From Candidatus Poribacteria bacterium (GTDB lineage: Bacteria > Poribacteria > WGA-4E > PCPOR2b), in assembly GCA_965218095.1 (NCBI GenBank), contig OZ244587.1:6048001-6112000 (forward strand): a stretch of DNA of 64,000 nucleotides. The letters run 5' to 3'. The position numbers were made by a program, and so were the translations under genes. This document shows positions 51,717 through 61,990 of the stretch, in pieces (position 1 is the first letter of the stretch; every line of letters begins with the position of its first letter). Under the pieces are notes generated by a model, which saw only the letters and a program-made list of their open reading frames with translations, did no database searches and was not told the DNA's origin.

Positions 51717-52514
51717 TCAATACATTGCATCCCGAATCGCGCTCTGGAGCTTCCAGTCGCCCCTTTTTTTTGCAAGTTCTAACGCCTTCCTAAAATCCTC
51801 AGCCCCTTTGTATCTCCCTATCTTTTTCTTTGCCAAACCTCGATAATAGTAAGCACGAGCATTGTCTGGGTCAAGTCGGACAGCGATGTCATAATCGGTA
51901 ATCGCAGCGAAATATCGTCCCTTGTTGTATTTTGTCCAACCCCGCCAGATATAGGTATAGGCAGCATTTGGGGCAAGTCGGACAGCGGTGTCATGATCAG
52001 CAATAGCAGCATCATATTGTCCCAAATCAGCCTTCACACACGCCCGATTGGAGTAGAGATAAGCAGCATCAAAATCAAGGCTTATCGCTGTGTCATAATC
52101 GGCAATCGCTGCAGCGTGTCGTCCTAACCTGTATTTTGCCCAACCCCGAGAGTTGTAGGCATAGATAGCATCAGGATCAAGGCTTATAGCCTTATCATAA
52201 TCAACAATCGCAGCGGCGTGTTGTCCTAATTCTTCCTTCGCCTTACCCCGATAGTGGTAGGATTTAGCATTAGCTGGGTTAAGGCTTATCGCCATATCAT
52301 AATCGCTTATGGCTTCAAAGTATTGACCTTTATTCGCTTTTGCTTTTCCCCGATCAACATATGTCTGGCTGTCATCACCTTTTTTAGCACTTGGCTCTGT
52401 TTTAGCACTTTGGTTATGAGAGATGTCGGAAAGTATGCCGTAGAGTATCAATCCTATAAATCCTACGACGCAGGCAATCGCAACTATGGCGAACCCTAAT
52501 AAATAAGTAGACAT
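51717..52514 (-). CDS. Membrane-anchored TPR protein
   Basis: N-terminal TM and six 34-aa repeats of AI.DYD.AI.L.P. Confidence 0.88.
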   Translation of the reverse strand: MSTYLLGFAIVAIACVVGFIGLILYGILSDISHNQSAKTEPSAKKGDDSQTYVDRGKAKANKGQYFEAISDYDMAISLNPANAKSYHYRGKAKEELGQHAAAIVDYDKAISLDPDAIYAYNSRGWAKYRLGRHAAAIADYDTAISLDFDAAYLYSNRACVKADLGQYDAAIADHDTAVRLAPNAAYTYIWRGWTKYNKGRYFAAITDYDIAVRLDPDNARAYYYRGLAKKKIGRYKGAEDFRKALELAKKRGDWKLQSAIRDAMY

Positions 52515-52520
52515 TTTCTT

Positions 52521-53367
52521 ATATTGCTGGTATCCTATAGTTATTATGGACTATTCTTTAGATTTACGCAAACGCGTCTTAGATTTTATCGCAGCTGGCG
52601 GTGGCAAGACCGAAGCGAGCCGCCGTTTTTCCGTCGCCCGCTCAACACTGTATAAGTGGTTGAATGCGCCTGACCCGCTCAAACGTCAGAAACCAGGGAC
52701 CCGTCGCCCGCGAACCCTTGACCCCGATGCGCTGAGAAAACATGTCGCTGATTTTCCAGACTAGACCTACGCCGAGCGCGCAGCTCATTTTGGTGTGTCA
52801 AAGTCTTGTATCGGGTATGGGCTGAAAAATATCGGTTGCACCCGAAAAAAAAGTCTCGGATATAAGGAGCAATGCGCTGAAAAACGACAAGCGTATCTTC
52901 AGCAACTCGCACAAGTGAAAGCCTCTGGTAAGTCTTTTGTTTATGTCGATGAGAGTGGGTTTCGAGACGAAAGTTATAGACGTTATGGGTATGCACCCAA
53001 AGGGGAAAAAGTCTTTGGACTTATCTCAAGCCAACGCACCCGGACAGCGACACTTATTGCGGCACGGGTGTTCAAAGGGAGCTGCAAAGCGGTAGATTTC
53101 AATGACTGGTTAGCTGAACAGTTATGTCCACGTTTGACTTCAAAACAGGTTGTAATCCTTGATAATGCGCGGCTTCACAAAACACCTCGGACCCGAGAGT
53201 TGATAGAGGCTTCAGGAGCGAGTCTGATGTTCCTACCGCCTTATTCTCCAGATTACAATCCGATTGAACACGATTTTGCCAATATCAAGCGATACCGAGA
53301 ATATCACCCCGAAACCACACTTCACGATATTATTCAAATGTACCATTAATTCTAAGATCTACCATAG
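52521..53367 (+). mobile_element. IS630-family element, defective
   Basis: YSLDLRKRV, YVDESG, ILDNA and LPPYSPDYNPIE motifs; TAG at 52762; A-run frameshift; TA ends (boundaries approximate). Confidence 0.88.
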
Positions 53368-54560
53368 TTCAGGAACCCAAGAATTAGGGCTGCCATCGAA
53401 ATCTATGGGTACTAGCTTCGTAAGATAACCCAAGTTGCGACCTATTCATCGAATATGTGAGTGAACTGAATATGTGAGTGAACTCAGAGCTGATTGATAC
53501 TGCTAGCCAATACAAACAAGACCACTTTCAATTCAAATCCGTGTTGCGTTACTGCATGGATTGAACGTGGAAGCAGTTTGTTAATCAAACTGCCAGCCGT
53601 CTCAACAGACTTACGATGGTAATTAGCCAAGTAGGTCTCCCATGGTGGATACAGCCGCTTGGAATTCTTCTTGCGTACTGGCTTTAATTCGACTCCGACT
53701 GATGTAACAATATCTTCTATCTCATAATTATTGTATGCTTTGTCACCATAGCCCGGTGGCAAGTCGAAGTCAAACCACTGTAACCCTTCAACGTCCCCTG
53801 TACTGGCTGGGGTCACAAAAAATTCAACAGGGTGTCGACTCGCAGTCACTAGCAGATGAACTTTCAAGCCATAGAAATACCGACGTTTGGACGCTTGATA
53901 GCCTCGATATGCCTTATCGGTGTAGATTTTTGACCGACGAATGCGGAACAAACAGCAATTGGTATGGTATCCAGTGCATAGATTTTCTGTTGATTAAGTT
54001 GCACATAGCTTCGTCCCAAGATTTTGAACAATGTGGTGAACATCGGTTTAATCGACTTTTTGAAAGCATCTTGGGTATATAGCCATGAGTCTTTAGAAAG
54101 TCACAAGTGGTTTGCAAGTTTGCCCCGAAGAACAACGCAGCGACGATGCCGGTGGTCATCACTTCGGCATCAGACATCTGCGTTTGTGGGTGTGGTTTTG
54201 AGTTGAGTGCTTCTAAGCGCTTGTCACAGAGATAGAAAATGGTTACAATTTGTATGTCCATGGGTTTCTCCTTTAAGGTATTATGGTTTGGATTACCTCT
54301 ACTTTAACGGAAAACCCATGGATTTTCAATTACTAGCAACTTGGGTTAAGATAATACTCCCAGGCGCTTCTAAGAATCTCACGTAACCGTTCCGGCGACT
54401 GTTCTGCGCTAATACGCCATGGCTTTAGAACAGAACGAACCTCCGGTGTTCTGCGGAAATTATCTATGTCGTATTTCTGAATCCCAAAGCGCTTGACAAG
54501 CTGGCTCGTCGGCATCCACTTGTACTTGAGAAGAAAGTTTTTCCAGTCAGTAGGTTCCAT
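53368..54560 (-). pseudogene. Hypothetical gene disrupted by IS982 and truncated by IS630
   Basis: MEPTDWKNF...WEYYL continues as TKLVPIDFDGSPNSWVPEL across the TSD. Confidence 0.6.
53428..54346 (-). mobile_element. IS982-family element copy 2 (same lesions as copy 1)
   Basis: IRs ACCCAAGTTGC / GCAACTTGGGT, 7-bp TSD TAAGATA, extra 17-bp tandem duplication GAATATGTGAGTGAACT. Confidence 0.9.
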
Positions 54561-54663
54561 TCGTTCAGAATCCCATCAAACTCGTGCCACGACAATTGTC
54601 GATGTCGAAAACCTCGGTGAAGGATTTTCGATGCCGTCATTCTCATGGTGCATAGAAGTCCCC

Positions 54664-55140
54664 TCAACGTCGAGACGAACCCTTTTTGCCCCTACTCAGA
54701 GTCCGGCTGTTAGCGTCATTCTCTGAGGACGATTGAAGGGCGACACTCTCAAGCCCCCGTGCTTTCGTTGTTCCCCACGTCACCCTTTTCGGAGAAGACG
54801 TACCCACTTTGGAGGCGGTCAATGTTCCATGAAGGGATACAGTGGCAAGAACCCCGGCTGTAAGCAACATAGGAGAACCGTAGAAAAGGAAACTGTTTCG
54901 GGCTAGTTTTTTTCTCACTTGAGTGCCCCAGGTTAGGAGTCCAAGAAATGCTCCCAAACAACCTCCTACGAGTCCGTAAAGAACGGTTGCATACAAAAGC
55001 ACGAAGGCTAGGGCATTAAGCACATTTTGACTGATTATTCGCACACAGGCTTCGACAAAGCCGATGACTCCGCCTGTGAGCAAACCAGCACCCGTCGAAA
55101 ACCATATCATTTGCCCGAGTGGAGGTCTTTTCCCTTTCAT
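54664..55140 (-). pseudogene. Membrane protein N-terminal fragment (sulfatase-anchor-like)
   Basis: Three Gly-rich TM helices followed by an unrelated tail. Confidence 0.4.
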
Positions 55141-55377
55141 CTTCGTTCGACAGTTAATCGCGTTGTTGTCTTATCTGTATAATGGATGTGAATGAGATAC
55201 ATGTCCCGCTTGGCGTGGGTTGGATCATCGAACGTCAGATAGACGTTGCCTGCCCCACTTGGCCCTTTAGGCTGCCATCCTTCGTATCCCATTTCCCTCC
55301 ATTTCATTTGCCCTCCCGTTTCGACACCGGGCGATACCCATCTATTGGCATATTTATAGTGACTCGGAGATTCGGTC

Positions 55378-56071
55378 GCTGAAATACAAAAGTCATAACC
55401 AGATTATCCAACGCTTTTGTACCACCGTTTATCGACAGGCAAAAGCCGCTTTACCCAAAAGGTGTGAGCCGATGTTGATATTTGACCGGGGCTTTGCCCG
55501 CGCTAGGTATGTGATAAAGTACCTCAAAGCACACCAGATTCCGTTTGTGATGCGCGTCTGTCGCCATGTTGGATTCGAGGTCAATGGGGTTGTCAAAACG
55601 CTGAAACAGATGGATTCAACCGGTTTTTACCCGCAGATTCTTTACCACCGAACCGAGCAGATTCGACTTTCACCTCTATGTCGTCATCTCTGATTTCAAA
55701 CCACCTCAGGGGATTGGAAATATATAGTTGCTAAGCGAAGAATGCAGATTGAACATGGGTTTCGAGACATCAAGAGTGGCTTTGGATTTGGAAGTCTTGT
55801 CCTCAAACAACCGACAAAATCTCGCATCAATCGGTTATGGTTGTTGGGGTGTCTCACTTACGGATTGTTGTTTATCACTTATCAGAAGTCCGGATATCGA
55901 TGGGCAAAAGGGTTCAATACGACCAGAAAGTCCCATTCGTTGATTCGGGTGATAAAGCGGGTTATCTCTCAGGCGTGGGGAGGCTTGTGTCTTTCTCCCT
56001 TTTTCTCGTTATCGATTTGCAGCGGAGATATTGTCTCGGTCAGTTATTCTCAATGTTTCCCACCGATATAG
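55378..56071 (+). pseudogene. IS4-like transposase remnant
   Basis: LIFDRGF, FVMRV and RMQIEHGFRDIKS.FG in broken frames. Confidence 0.8.
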
Positions 56072-56231
56072 CGCGTCAAATCCCGTCAACTCACGCTCCT
56101 TGAAAAACTGGGGGTAAATGAACTTACGAGTTACTGCTTGCGTATCCATCCGCAAGTGTGGTAGAATATCCCCCTGAGAATTCAGAAATTGTGCAAGACT
56201 TGTATCATTTTATTTTCAAGAGGGTAATCAG

Positions 56232-57242
56232 ATGGATAGGAGCTACCGTGTCGCCATCGTTGGGGCAACAGGAGCAGTTGGCACGACAATGCGGCAGATT
56301 TTAGAAGAACGTGCATTTCCCGTTGCTTCGCTGAAGTTGCTCGCTTCCCACCGCTCTGCCGGTGAAATTTTGACGTTCAAAGATGAACCAATCGTGATTG
56401 AAGAGTTGACACATGATTCATTTGACGATGTGGATCTGGTGCTTTCTTCACCTCCAACAGGTGTCAGCCGTGAGTTTACGCCGACTGCCCTGAGAAGCGG
56501 ATGTCTCGTCATCGACAACACGGGTGCGTTTCGGATGGACCCTGACACACCGCTGGTCATCCCCGAAGTGAACATACACGCGGCAATGCGGCATCAGGGC
56601 TTGATTGCCAACCCCAACTGTTCGACCATCCAGATGCTTGTTGCGCTCAAGCCTCTCTACGACGTGGCAGGGATGAAGCGTATTGTTGTTTCAACGTATC
56701 AAAGTGTTTCTGGGAAAAGCGGCTCCGCCGTCCTTGAACTGGTTGATCAAACAACGGCTGCGTTGGAAGGGCGTCCAATCACATGCGATAAGTTTCCGCA
56801 TCAGATGGCGTTTAACGTCGCCTTCGATTGGGCCTTCCTTAATAACGGTTACAGCGAAGAAGAGATGAAGATGGTCAACGAGACACAGAAAATCCTTGAA
56901 GATGATACGATTGGTGTGTCGGCGACAACGGTTCGTGTGCCAGTGTTCTTCGCTCATTCCGAATCGATCAACATTGAAACGGAAAGCAAGCTCACCGCTG
57001 ATGAGGCTCGACAGATTCTTTCCCAAGCCCCCGGCGTTACTGTTGTCGATGACCCGAAAAATTGGAAATATCCACTCGCTATCAATGTTGCAGGCAACGA
57101 TGAGGTATACGTCGGCCGTATCCGCGAAGACCGCTCTATCGAAAATGGACTGAACTTGTGGGTCGTGGCAGACAATCTCCGCAAGGGGGCAGCATTAAAT
57201 GCGATTCAGATTGCAGAAATCTTGGATCAAATTAATGTGTGA
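56232..57242 (+). CDS. asd: Aspartate-semialdehyde dehydrogenase
   Basis: GATGAVG, NPNCST, TYQSVSG, RVPV..HSE and DNLRKGAA motifs. Confidence 0.97.
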   Translation: MDRSYRVAIVGATGAVGTTMRQILEERAFPVASLKLLASHRSAGEILTFKDEPIVIEELTHDSFDDVDLVLSSPPTGVSREFTPTALRSGCLVIDNTGAFRMDPDTPLVIPEVNIHAAMRHQGLIANPNCSTIQMLVALKPLYDVAGMKRIVVSTYQSVSGKSGSAVLELVDQTTAALEGRPITCDKFPHQMAFNVAFDWAFLNNGYSEEEMKMVNETQKILEDDTIGVSATTVRVPVFFAHSESINIETESKLTADEARQILSQAPGVTVVDDPKNWKYPLAINVAGNDEVYVGRIREDRSIENGLNLWVVADNLRKGAALNAIQIAEILDQINV

Positions 57243-57253
57243 TAATTAGGCAC

Positions 57254-58219
57254 CTACTCAAATAATTTTTGATACGCTTCAGATTCTGCATACTTTTGCA
57301 AAGCTGCGATTCGCTGCAACATGAATGGGTAATCGGAGGCTAACCGGTTCGATCGCTGCCAACGGCTAATTCCTTTCTGTACAGGCCCCGGCAGATTTTC
57401 TAAAATCAACTCCTGTTTTTCTCGTATGATTTTTGTCTGTTCAAGGTAGTCCTCGACATTGAGTTCGACGATTTCAAACGGTATCGCCAGCTTGAAATTG
57501 AGCAACGTCTTCTGAACTATTTTCAGGTCTTGACAAGCAATCAGACCGGCGCGATCCGCGGAGAGCTCGCGAGCAAGTATCCAATCCACTAAAATCAAAT
57601 CGCTAATCTTCCCCAAAAATGCGTTAATCAGTTCTTGTCCCCATTTGCCCAAAACGAACTCAAGTGAACTGATTCCGCCGGAGGTCAGGCTCTTGTAAAA
57701 TACATGGTCGCATTTAATATGCCCCATTTGGCGTCCGATGGCGAACCGCAGCGCTTGAGCATTTGACTTTTCAATTAACTCAGAGGGTAGGATGATAAAA
57801 GGGTCCTTGAAGTTGACTGCATGAGCCTTCATTCCCCCTCCGCCGACAATGAAGACACGTGGTGGGGGCGAAATGTGTAAAATCTCCGCGCAGGCATTCA
57901 CCTCCGTCTTGACCCATGTGAACTGTTTTTCTGTCACCAGTACCCCCTTACGCATCATCTTGATAGTCAATTCATAGTCCTGGGCATCAGCAGTATGTTG
58001 GCGTAACCACGGAACGATATATTTTTCTTTCGTCTTTAGCATTCGACGTATCAGTGCCGGAATCTTTACCTCATCAAACTTCCTCAAAAATTCCCTGTCC
58101 TTCGGCAACTGAAAATCTTGGGCATCAAGTTGTTTTGGGATTTTGTAATCAACATCTTGAGCGCGGATCGAAGCAGGTATAACCGTACAGATGAGGAGTA
58201 GAATAACTGAATTCTTCAC
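57254..58219 (-). CDS. M48 peptidase-like secreted protein with a degenerate HExxH
   Basis: FAIGRQMGHIKCDH, ELSADRAG and YPF...RI. Confidence 0.75.
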   Translation of the reverse strand: MKNSVILLLICTVIPASIRAQDVDYKIPKQLDAQDFQLPKDREFLRKFDEVKIPALIRRMLKTKEKYIVPWLRQHTADAQDYELTIKMMRKGVLVTEKQFTWVKTEVNACAEILHISPPPRVFIVGGGGMKAHAVNFKDPFIILPSELIEKSNAQALRFAIGRQMGHIKCDHVFYKSLTSGGISSLEFVLGKWGQELINAFLGKISDLILVDWILARELSADRAGLIACQDLKIVQKTLLNFKLAIPFEIVELNVEDYLEQTKIIREKQELILENLPGPVQKGISRWQRSNRLASDYPFMLQRIAALQKYAESEAYQKLFE

Positions 58220-58233
58220 GTTTGAAACTCCTA

Positions 58234-58354
58234 TTAAGTAATTTTCAGGATTAAACTATACATTCCGTTTGTAGTAGTGCAATTCATTGCGTGTTTGGGA
58301 CGGCGATGAATCGCCTCACTACAAACCATTACTTTCTTTTTGAAAATTACTTAA
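58234..58354. repeat. MITE with an internal REP doublet
   Basis: TTAAGTAATTTTCA / TGAAAATTACTTAA ends; inner GTTTGTAGTAGTGCAATTCATTGC...GCGATGAATCGCCTCACTACAAAC. Confidence 0.7.
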
Positions 58355-58464
58355 GTGTGACAGATGAAATGTAAAACTAATCCGAGTTGTGTTTGGCGAA
58401 TTATACCATACGTCCTCAATTAGAATCAACCATCCGTTAGGAACCATAGGAGTCAAACAGAAGC

Positions 58465-58674
58465 ATGTCCTCTACGCTTGACAACGAACTTGTTGAAATC
58501 TATGAACGGGAAGTTGAAAAACTGGTCGAAGCCGAGAGCAAATATCACTCGATACTCGGAGCGTCAGAGGTTTCGGCTATCGTTCGGGCATTTGGCTTCG
58601 CGCTCGAACACGGCGTCGATAAGGTTACTGTTCAGATGCTCTACGACGTGATCGATGACCGTTCTGGAGATTGA
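58465..58674 (+). CDS. Small hypothetical protein (69 aa)
   Basis: RBS AGGAG; ends 3 bp upstream of the SMC-like gene. Confidence 0.7.
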   Translation: MSSTLDNELVEIYEREVEKLVEAESKYHSILGASEVSAIVRAFGFALEHGVDKVTVQMLYDVIDDRSGD

Positions 58675-58677
58675 CGT

Positions 58678-60564
58678 ATGCGACTTGAGCGTATCATCCT
58701 TAAATCTTTCGGCTGTTTTAACCGCAGGGATTTCGACCTGAGCGAAGGAGTGAATCTCATCTTTGGCCCCAATTTCAGCGGCAAGAGCACCCTTGTCAAT
58801 GCGATTTTTTTCACGCTGACGGGCAAGCCGATTATCCCTAAAGTGGGCTTGTCTGCAATGACTCAATCTGGCGCACGGGGTGGCACGGCGGGGCTCAACT
58901 TCTGCAACGGAGAGCAAAGTTATCAACTTTTCCGATCGACACACGGAGAAGTGCAACTCCGTCTTAAAGAAGAAAATAGTGAAAAATGGCGTATCCTTTT
59001 CACCGGCAAACGTTCAGCGGACGAAGACCTGAGAAAGAAGTTCCATTTCAGCTATCATCACCTTGCAGCGGCGACCTTCCTCAGGGAAGGAGAAATCTTT
59101 GAGTTCCTTGCGCGACAGCCCGCAGACCGTCGGGATGTGCTTTACGCATTGCTCGGCATCGATCGGTTGATGGAGGTGCGGCAGCGTTTCATTGAAGGGC
59201 GGCGGATTGCCAAGCGGGAGGAGAAGCGGATACAGAAGTATCAGCGCAGCGTGCGAGTCACGAGCGTCAAGAACCACCGTGAAGAAATTGCACAGGCTGA
59301 GGCGGAATTGAAGAATCTGGAGGGTGAACACGAACTTCTGTCAAGCAAAGGCAATGAAAGCAGTGACGCAACACTCATCGCTGAACTGAATCAGGCGCAC
59401 ACGCGGTTTCAAAAGCAGATTGACGTGCTGACTCAAGAGCAGGTGTCGCTTCTCAGCGGCTTCAATGATGTTGACCACCTGCGCGCTAAAATCAAAGAAA
59501 TCGAATCGACAACGGCTAACGCCGGTGGATTGGAGAGGCAGCGGGAGGAAATCATTCAGCAGATTGGCAGTCTAACCAACCAGATCCAAACGCTTACGAC
59601 GGAATGCGAAACTTTACGCCAGCTTATTGACAGCGACCAGGGCCACTGCCTAACCTGCCATCAGCCGGTGCAGCAAGAGATTATTGCGAAGATCATTGAA
59701 GAAAAAGAGTCGGCAAAGGCTGCACACCAGCAGGAACTTGAGACGCAGCAGAAACTCCTTGACAAACACACCGCGAACATCAATGCCTTGCGTGAACTGA
59801 AGCAGCGGCATCAACGGATGCAAAGCAAGGTTGAACAACTTGAGCGCATTGAAGCGCAACTCGCGGAGCTCCAACGTGAATTCGATACCGTCGCGGATCG
59901 GTTACACGCCTTGCAGCCGACTTCTCCCACGCAAACAGACACCCCGCCAGATGAGACTTCCGATCCCGCAAAAATCGCCCAGCGCAGACACCAACTCAAA
60001 TATCGAATCGACAATTTGCGCAGGCGGCTCGTCGGGCTCAACAAGGAAGAGGCGGTTATCGCCCATAAGCTCGAAGAACTACAGCGCACACAAGGGCAAG
60101 CGAACCAAAACTTGCGAACCCGCCTCAGTTTTGAACTCGCCTGCGATGGCGTTGAAAAAACGATCGCCTCCCTCCAGCGAACGATTCTCCAACCCGCCGA
60201 AGAAGGGCTCATCTGTTGGTTGAAGCGGATGAATCTTTCCCAATTTTCTCAGGTCGATCTCAAAAACCAGCACCTGCTCCCCTCCCTCAACGTCGAAGGC
60301 TTCGAGCGCAACCTGATGCTCCTCAGCGGCAGCGAAAAAATGATCCTCTACCTGTGCTTCAAAGCCGCGTTATCGGAAGCATTGGGCAACCCGGGTTTCT
60401 TCGTCTTCGATGACCCCACCCTCCACCTTGATCCGGAGCGCAGAGATTCCATGATCGTCTTCATTCAGCGGCTTGCCGAGGAGCATCAGGTCATTGTGAC
60501 GAGCAATGACCCGGATGTTCGGGATGGATTGCCGGACGTGCATGTGATTGAGACGGTATCATAG
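58678..60564 (+). CDS. SbcC/Rad50-like SMC ATPase
   Basis: Walker A GPNFSGKST, zinc hook CLTC, LSGSE signature, FVFDDPT.HLD and coiled coils. Confidence 0.88.
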   Translation: MRLERIILKSFGCFNRRDFDLSEGVNLIFGPNFSGKSTLVNAIFFTLTGKPIIPKVGLSAMTQSGARGGTAGLNFCNGEQSYQLFRSTHGEVQLRLKEENSEKWRILFTGKRSADEDLRKKFHFSYHHLAAATFLREGEIFEFLARQPADRRDVLYALLGIDRLMEVRQRFIEGRRIAKREEKRIQKYQRSVRVTSVKNHREEIAQAEAELKNLEGEHELLSSKGNESSDATLIAELNQAHTRFQKQIDVLTQEQVSLLSGFNDVDHLRAKIKEIESTTANAGGLERQREEIIQQIGSLTNQIQTLTTECETLRQLIDSDQGHCLTCHQPVQQEIIAKIIEEKESAKAAHQQELETQQKLLDKHTANINALRELKQRHQRMQSKVEQLERIEAQLAELQREFDTVADRLHALQPTSPTQTDTPPDETSDPAKIAQRRHQLKYRIDNLRRRLVGLNKEEAVIAHKLEELQRTQGQANQNLRTRLSFELACDGVEKTIASLQRTILQPAEEGLICWLKRMNLSQFSQVDLKNQHLLPSLNVEGFERNLMLLSGSEKMILYLCFKAALSEALGNPGFFVFDDPTLHLDPERRDSMIVFIQRLAEEHQVIVTSNDPDVRDGLPDVHVIETVS

Positions 60565-60641
60565 ACTGGCAGTTCGTGAGGTAAGCACAGCCCTATAGAA
60601 CTGAAAATAACACACAAGTATAGCATGACACCCATTATGCA

Positions 60642-61757
60642 TCAACAAAGTGCCTCGCCCGTATCCCCGTCAAAAATATGAATCCGCCCAGGTGCAAAGC
60701 CTATCCAGAGCGTCTGTCCAAGTCGGACTTCAAGCATCGGATTAACTCTCGATTTCAAGATCACATCTTCATCCGCCTTGTTTTTTCCGAGATTCAGATC
60801 GACAATCGTTTCCGCGCCGAGAGGTTCAAAGTTGTAGACTTCCACGGAGATGTTTTCGGGGGTTTGTTCAAGACTCACGAGCAGATCCTCGGGATGCACA
60901 CCGAGAACCAGATTTTGACTTCCCCCGGCTTCGATTAAGGTGTGGGCGATGCTTCTCTCTTTGACCTCGATCTGATGTCCCCCAATCAACTTCAGATAGA
61001 CCTTTTCCCCAGAAACAGCGAGTTGACAGGGGATCAGGTTCATGCTTGGGCTGCCGATGAAACCGGCGACGAACAGATTCGCTGGGTGGTCGTAAATCTC
61101 CGTCGGTGTGCCAACCTGTTGAACCCGCCCTGCTTCCAGCACGGCAACGCGGTCCGCCATTGACATCGCTTCGATCTGATCATGGGTGACGTATAACGTC
61201 GTGGTTTCTAGTTGACGCTGCCGCCGCTTAATCTCTGCCCGCATCTCCGTACGGAGTTTGGCGTCCAGATTGGAAATTGGCTCGTCCATCAGGAAGAGTT
61301 GGGGACGCCGCACCATCGCCCTACCGAGCCCAACCCGTTGTGTTTCCCCGCCACTGAGTTGATTCGGCTTGCGTTGCAGGAGGTGTTCGATGTGCAGCAT
61401 TGACGCAATCTCCGTGACGCGGCGATTAATCTCGTTCTCCGATAGGCCACGCGGATGTAGCGGAAACGCCATATTTTCGTAGACGGTCAGGTGGGGGTAC
61501 AGGATATGCGCCTGAAACACGAAGGCGACATCCCGCTCGGCTGGTGTGAGGTGGTTAATCTGTTGATTATCCAAATAGATTGCGCCGTTTTCGGGCAGGT
61601 CTAGCCCGGCGATACAGCGCAAGGTGGTCGTTTTGCCTGCTCCAGTCTGACCGAGCAGGACGAAGAATTCCTGATCGTGGATATCAAGGTTGACCCCGTC
61701 AAGCGCAATGATGTCATCGAAACGCTTTGTTAGATTTTCAAGTGTAACGGTTGGCAT
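60642..61757 (-). CDS. Carbohydrate ABC transporter ATP-binding protein
   Basis: GQTGAGKTT, LSGGE, MDEPISNLD and TOBE domain. Confidence 0.93.
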   Translation of the reverse strand: MPTVTLENLTKRFDDIIALDGVNLDIHDQEFFVLLGQTGAGKTTTLRCIAGLDLPENGAIYLDNQQINHLTPAERDVAFVFQAHILYPHLTVYENMAFPLHPRGLSENEINRRVTEIASMLHIEHLLQRKPNQLSGGETQRVGLGRAMVRRPQLFLMDEPISNLDAKLRTEMRAEIKRRQRQLETTTLYVTHDQIEAMSMADRVAVLEAGRVQQVGTPTEIYDHPANLFVAGFIGSPSMNLIPCQLAVSGEKVYLKLIGGHQIEVKERSIAHTLIEAGGSQNLVLGVHPEDLLVSLEQTPENISVEVYNFEPLGAETIVDLNLGKNKADEDVILKSRVNPMLEVRLGQTLWIGFAPGRIHIFDGDTGEALC

Positions 61758-61759
61758 AG

Positions 61760-61800
61760 TGTTGACATACTCCCACACGCTAAAGCGTGGGAGTTCGTAG
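61760..61800 (-). mobile_element. IS200/IS605-type right-end hairpin remnant
   Basis: Minus strand reads GAACTCCCACGCTTTAGCGTGTGGGAGTATGTCAA: a subterminal hairpin plus the TCAA terminus. Confidence 0.65.
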
Positions 61801-61990
61801 CCCAACCCCCACGTTCTCGCGTATGAAATTCTTCTATCAACAAGGTCAGCCAAAATACCCAGCGTATTGTCTATCAAGAGATACCAATACTGTCATGCTA
61901 TAGTATCTGGCTCAATCAGCCCGGAACAATAGCGCAACAAGGCTAGGTGTTTCTCATTGAGCTAGGCATGTTGTTAAGCGTTGAGTGGTA

